From: a virus
Taxonomy: Duplodnaviria; Heunggongvirae; Uroviricota; Caudoviricetes
Reading direction: 5' to 3' (one strand)
DNA: 6,468 bases
IMG/VR virus record: IMGVR_UViG_2778261231_000010
Shown: positions 3,949 to 6,468 of the stretch, piece by piece
Numbering within the stretch: the first letter of the stretch is position 1
How the letters are laid out: every line of letters starts with the position of its first letter
Position numbers and translations under genes: made by a program
Notes under the pieces: generated by a model
What the model was told of the DNA's origin: nothing
Seen by the model: only the letters and a program-made list of their open reading frames with translations
Databases searched by the model: none

Positions 3949-6144
3949 ATGAGTAAAGTCTTTATTTGCGCCGCCATTCCGGGCGAACAGGCAATAAAGG
4001 AAGAAGGTGCCGTCGCTGTAGCCACTGCCATTGAAGCCGGTGATGAACGTCGCGCCCGCGCAAAATTTCACTGGCAATTCCTGGAACATTATCCGGCTGC
4101 TCAGGACTGCGCTTATAAATTTATTGTCTGCGAGGATAAACCTGGCATACCCCGCCCTGCCCTCGATTCATGGGATGCTGAATATATGCAGGAAAACCGC
4201 TGGGATGAGGAGTCTGCTTCTTTTGTCCCGGTTGAGACTGAATCCGATCCGATGAACGTCACTTTTGACAAGCTGGCCCCTGAAGTACAGAACGCTGTCA
4301 TGGTTAAGTTCGACACATGTGAAAACATCACCGTTGATATGGTTATTAGCGCACAGGAATTGTTGCAGGAAGACATGGCAACATTCGACGGACATATCGT
4401 TGAAGCGTTGATGAAAATGCCAGAAGTTAACGCCATGTACGCTCTCTGGCCTGGTGATGTGGATGCCGGAAACATTGACGGCAGCATCCATCGCTGGGCA
4501 AAAAATGAAGTTATCGACAACGACCGCGAAGACTGGAAGCGTATCTCGGCATCAATACGCAAACAGCCTGATGCCCTTCGCTACGACCGCCAAACTATTT
4601 TTGGCCTTGTCCGTGAGCGTCCGATCGACATTCACAAAGATCCCGTAGCACTGAACAAATATATCTGCGAATACCTGACGACAAAGGGCGTGTTTGAGAA
4701 TGAAGAAACAGACCTGGGCACTGTTGATGTTCTCCAGTCATCAGAAACACAAACTGATGCAGTGGAAACTGAGGTATCTGATATCCCAAAAAATGAAACC
4801 GCACCGGAAGCTGAACCATCTGTAGAGCGTGAGGGGCCGTTCTATTTCCTCTTCGCAGATAAGGACGGAGAAAAATACGGTCGCGCAAACAAACTTTCTG
4901 GTCTGGATAAGGCACTGGCTGCTGGCGCCACTGAAATCACAAAAGAAGAATATTTTGCCCGAAAAAATGGCACATACACGGGCTTACCGCAAAATGTAGA
5001 TACCGCTGAAGATTCAGAACAACCAGAGCCGATAAAAGTTACCGCTGACGAAGTAAACAAAATTATGCAGGCAGCCAATATCAGCCAGCCTGACGCCGAT
5101 AAGTTGCTTGCTGCATCACGTGGTGAATTTGTTGAAGGGATTAGTGACCCGAATGATCCGAAATGGGTTAAGGGGATCCAGACCCGCGATTCTGTGAACC
5201 AGAACCAGCATGAATCGGAACGGAACTACCAAAAAGCGGAACAAAACAGCCCAAATGCGTTACAAAACGAGCCAGAAACGAAACAGCCTGAATCAGTGGC
5301 GCAACAGGAAGTGGAAAAAGTCTGCACCGCCTGCGGTCAGACCGGCGGCGGCAACTGCCCTGATTGTGGCGCGGTGATGGGCGACGCAACATACCAAGAA
5401 ACATTCGATGAAGAGTATCAGGTTGAAGTTCAGGAAGATGATCCGGAGGAAATGGAAGGCGCTGAACATCCACACAAGGAGAACGCTGGCGGCAATCAGC
5501 ATCACGATAGCGATAATGAAACTGGCGAAACGGCAGATCACTCAATTAAGGTGAACGGTCATCACGAAATCACATCCACCAGCAGGACGTGTGACCATCT
5601 AATGATCGACCTTGAAACCATGGGAAAAAATCCTGATGCCCCGATCATCTCAATAGGTGCAATATTTTTCGATCCGCAAACCGGAGATATGGGACCGGAA
5701 TTTAGTAAGACTATCGATCTGGAAACTGCTGGCGGAGTCATTGATCGGGACACCATTAAATGGTGGCTTAAGCAATCACGCGAAGCGCAATCGGCCATTA
5801 TGACCGATGAAATCCCGTTAGATGATGCACTGTTACAATTGCGGGAATTTATCGACGAAAACTCCGGTGAATTTTTTGTTCAGGTTTGGGGAAATGGAGC
5901 CAACTTCGACAACACGATTTTGCGCCGTTCATACGAACGGCAGGGGATCCCCTGCCCGTGGCGTTACTACAACGATCGCGATGTACGCACAATCGTTGAG
6001 CTGGGGAAAGCCATAGACTTCGATGCCAGAACGGCTATTCCATTCGAAGGTGAGCGCCATAATGCACTTGATGACGCCCGTTACCAGGCAAAATACGTTT
6101 CAGTTATCTGGCAAAAACTGATCCCGAGTCAGGCTGATTCTTAA
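3949..6144 (+). CDS. ydfE: Multidomain protein (731 aa): YdfE-like N-terminal region, acidic low-complexity linker with a C4 zinc ribbon, C-terminal DEDDh (DnaQ-like) 3'-5' exonuclease domain
   Basis: Single uninterrupted ORF, GAGG 10 nt upstream of the ATG. Occupies the ydfE position after ydfD. The N-terminus (MSKVFICAAIP...FHWQFLEHYPAAQDCAYKFIVCEDKPG) resembles what I recall of K-12 YdfE. The C-terminus carries Exo I (MIDLETMG, D554/E556), Exo II (GNGANFDNTIL, D654) and Exo III (HNALDDARYQAKY, H704/D709). CxxC-x7-CxxC lies at residues 459-473. Symbol assigned on position and partial recognition only. Confidence 0.85.
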   Translation: MSKVFICAAIPGEQAIKEEGAVAVATAIEAGDERRARAKFHWQFLEHYPAAQDCAYKFIVCEDKPGIPRPALDSWDAEYMQENRWDEESASFVPVETESDPMNVTFDKLAPEVQNAVMVKFDTCENITVDMVISAQELLQEDMATFDGHIVEALMKMPEVNAMYALWPGDVDAGNIDGSIHRWAKNEVIDNDREDWKRISASIRKQPDALRYDRQTIFGLVRERPIDIHKDPVALNKYICEYLTTKGVFENEETDLGTVDVLQSSETQTDAVETEVSDIPKNETAPEAEPSVEREGPFYFLFADKDGEKYGRANKLSGLDKALAAGATEITKEEYFARKNGTYTGLPQNVDTAEDSEQPEPIKVTADEVNKIMQAANISQPDADKLLAASRGEFVEGISDPNDPKWVKGIQTRDSVNQNQHESERNYQKAEQNSPNALQNEPETKQPESVAQQEVEKVCTACGQTGGGNCPDCGAVMGDATYQETFDEEYQVEVQEDDPEEMEGAEHPHKENAGGNQHHDSDNETGETADHSIKVNGHHEITSTSRTCDHLMIDLETMGKNPDAPIISIGAIFFDPQTGDMGPEFSKTIDLETAGGVIDRDTIKWWLKQSREAQSAIMTDEIPLDDALLQLREFIDENSGEFFVQVWGNGANFDNTILRRSYERQGIPCPWRYYNDRDVRTIVELGKAIDFDARTAIPFEGERHNALDDARYQAKYVSVIWQKLIPSQADS

Positions 6145-6216
6145 TGTTCAACTGTCGCCGGTTGTGACTGGTATTCTGCAACCGGCGCTCGTCTGATGTA
6201 AGAGATAAAGAAATCG

Positions 6217-6468
6217 ATGAGCGAAGTAATCATGATTGTCTCTCCCGGCAAATGGGTATCCGAAGAGCAGTTAATTGCGCTGAAAGGAATAAAAAAAGGT
6301 ACGTTAAAAAAGGCCCGGGAAAAATCGTTTATGGAAGGAAGGGAATATAAGCATGTCGCTCATGACGGTATGCCATGGGATAACAGTCCATGCTTTTACA
6401 ACCTGGAAGAAATTGATCGCTGGATTGAGCGCCAGGCATCAGCAAGACCAAGACGTCATCTTACTTGA
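6217..6468 (+). CDS. xis: Excisionase-like protein (83 aa)
   Basis: Complete ORF (stop TGA 6466-6468). Basic protein with a GREYKH motif, resembling the lambdoid-prophage excisionase-like family as I recall it. Position at the distal end of the early-left operon, where xis then int normally sit. Confidence 0.65.
   Translation: MSEVIMIVSPGKWVSEEQLIALKGIKKGTLKKAREKSFMEGREYKHVAHDGMPWDNSPCFYNLEEIDRWIERQASARPRRHLT

Noticed and set aside
4031-5798. Multiple 64-149-aa ORFs on both strands inside the 731-aa gene (for example 4113..4562 minus, 5168..5545 minus)
   Set aside because: All are nested within or antisense to a long, motif-supported reading frame. None has independent start signals. Typical shadow ORFs.
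3949-6144. Annotating the 731-aa protein as RecE / exodeoxyribonuclease VIII
   Set aside because: The C-terminal catalytic motifs are DEDDh (DxE, GNxxNFD, HxxxDD), not PD-(D/E)XK, and no recT/bet partner gene is adjacent. The recombination-module position alone does not justify a RecE call.
1-6468. CRISPR arrays, tRNA or rRNA genes, or IS-element terminal inverted repeats
   Set aside because: No spaced direct repeats, no cloverleaf-compatible segment, no transposase-like ORF and no terminal inverted repeats were seen by eye. The inverted repeats present are short and fit operator or RNA-structure roles.

Overview
This window reads as the immunity and early-left region of a Qin-like (DicA/DicC-type) lambdoid prophage of an enterobacterium, most likely Escherichia/Shigella. 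All identifications are from reading the sequence and recalling the E. coli K-12 Qin prophage; no database search was run. Minus strand, from about 1723 leftward: a Cro-like dicC, two small translationally coupled ORFs, a truncated-looking SAM-methyltransferase-like ORF, an AT-rich non-coding island, a 36-codon acidic ORF and the start of a further ORF that runs off the left edge. Plus strand: dicA repressor, a promoter/operator region with three TGTTAG-N6-CTAA(C/A)A sites, ydfA-ydfB-ydfC, the DicF sRNA with its terminator, dicB, ydfD (overlapping dicB by ATGA), a 731-aa multidomain protein, and an excisionase-like gene ending at the right edge. The most interesting element is that 731-aa protein, which sits where exo/recE recombination genes usually lie and whose C-terminus shows all three DEDDh 3'-5' exonuclease motifs rather than a RecE-type nuclease. 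The remaining elements are largely known Qin/dicB-operon biology, with a few unexplained RNA-structure and small-ORF observations.
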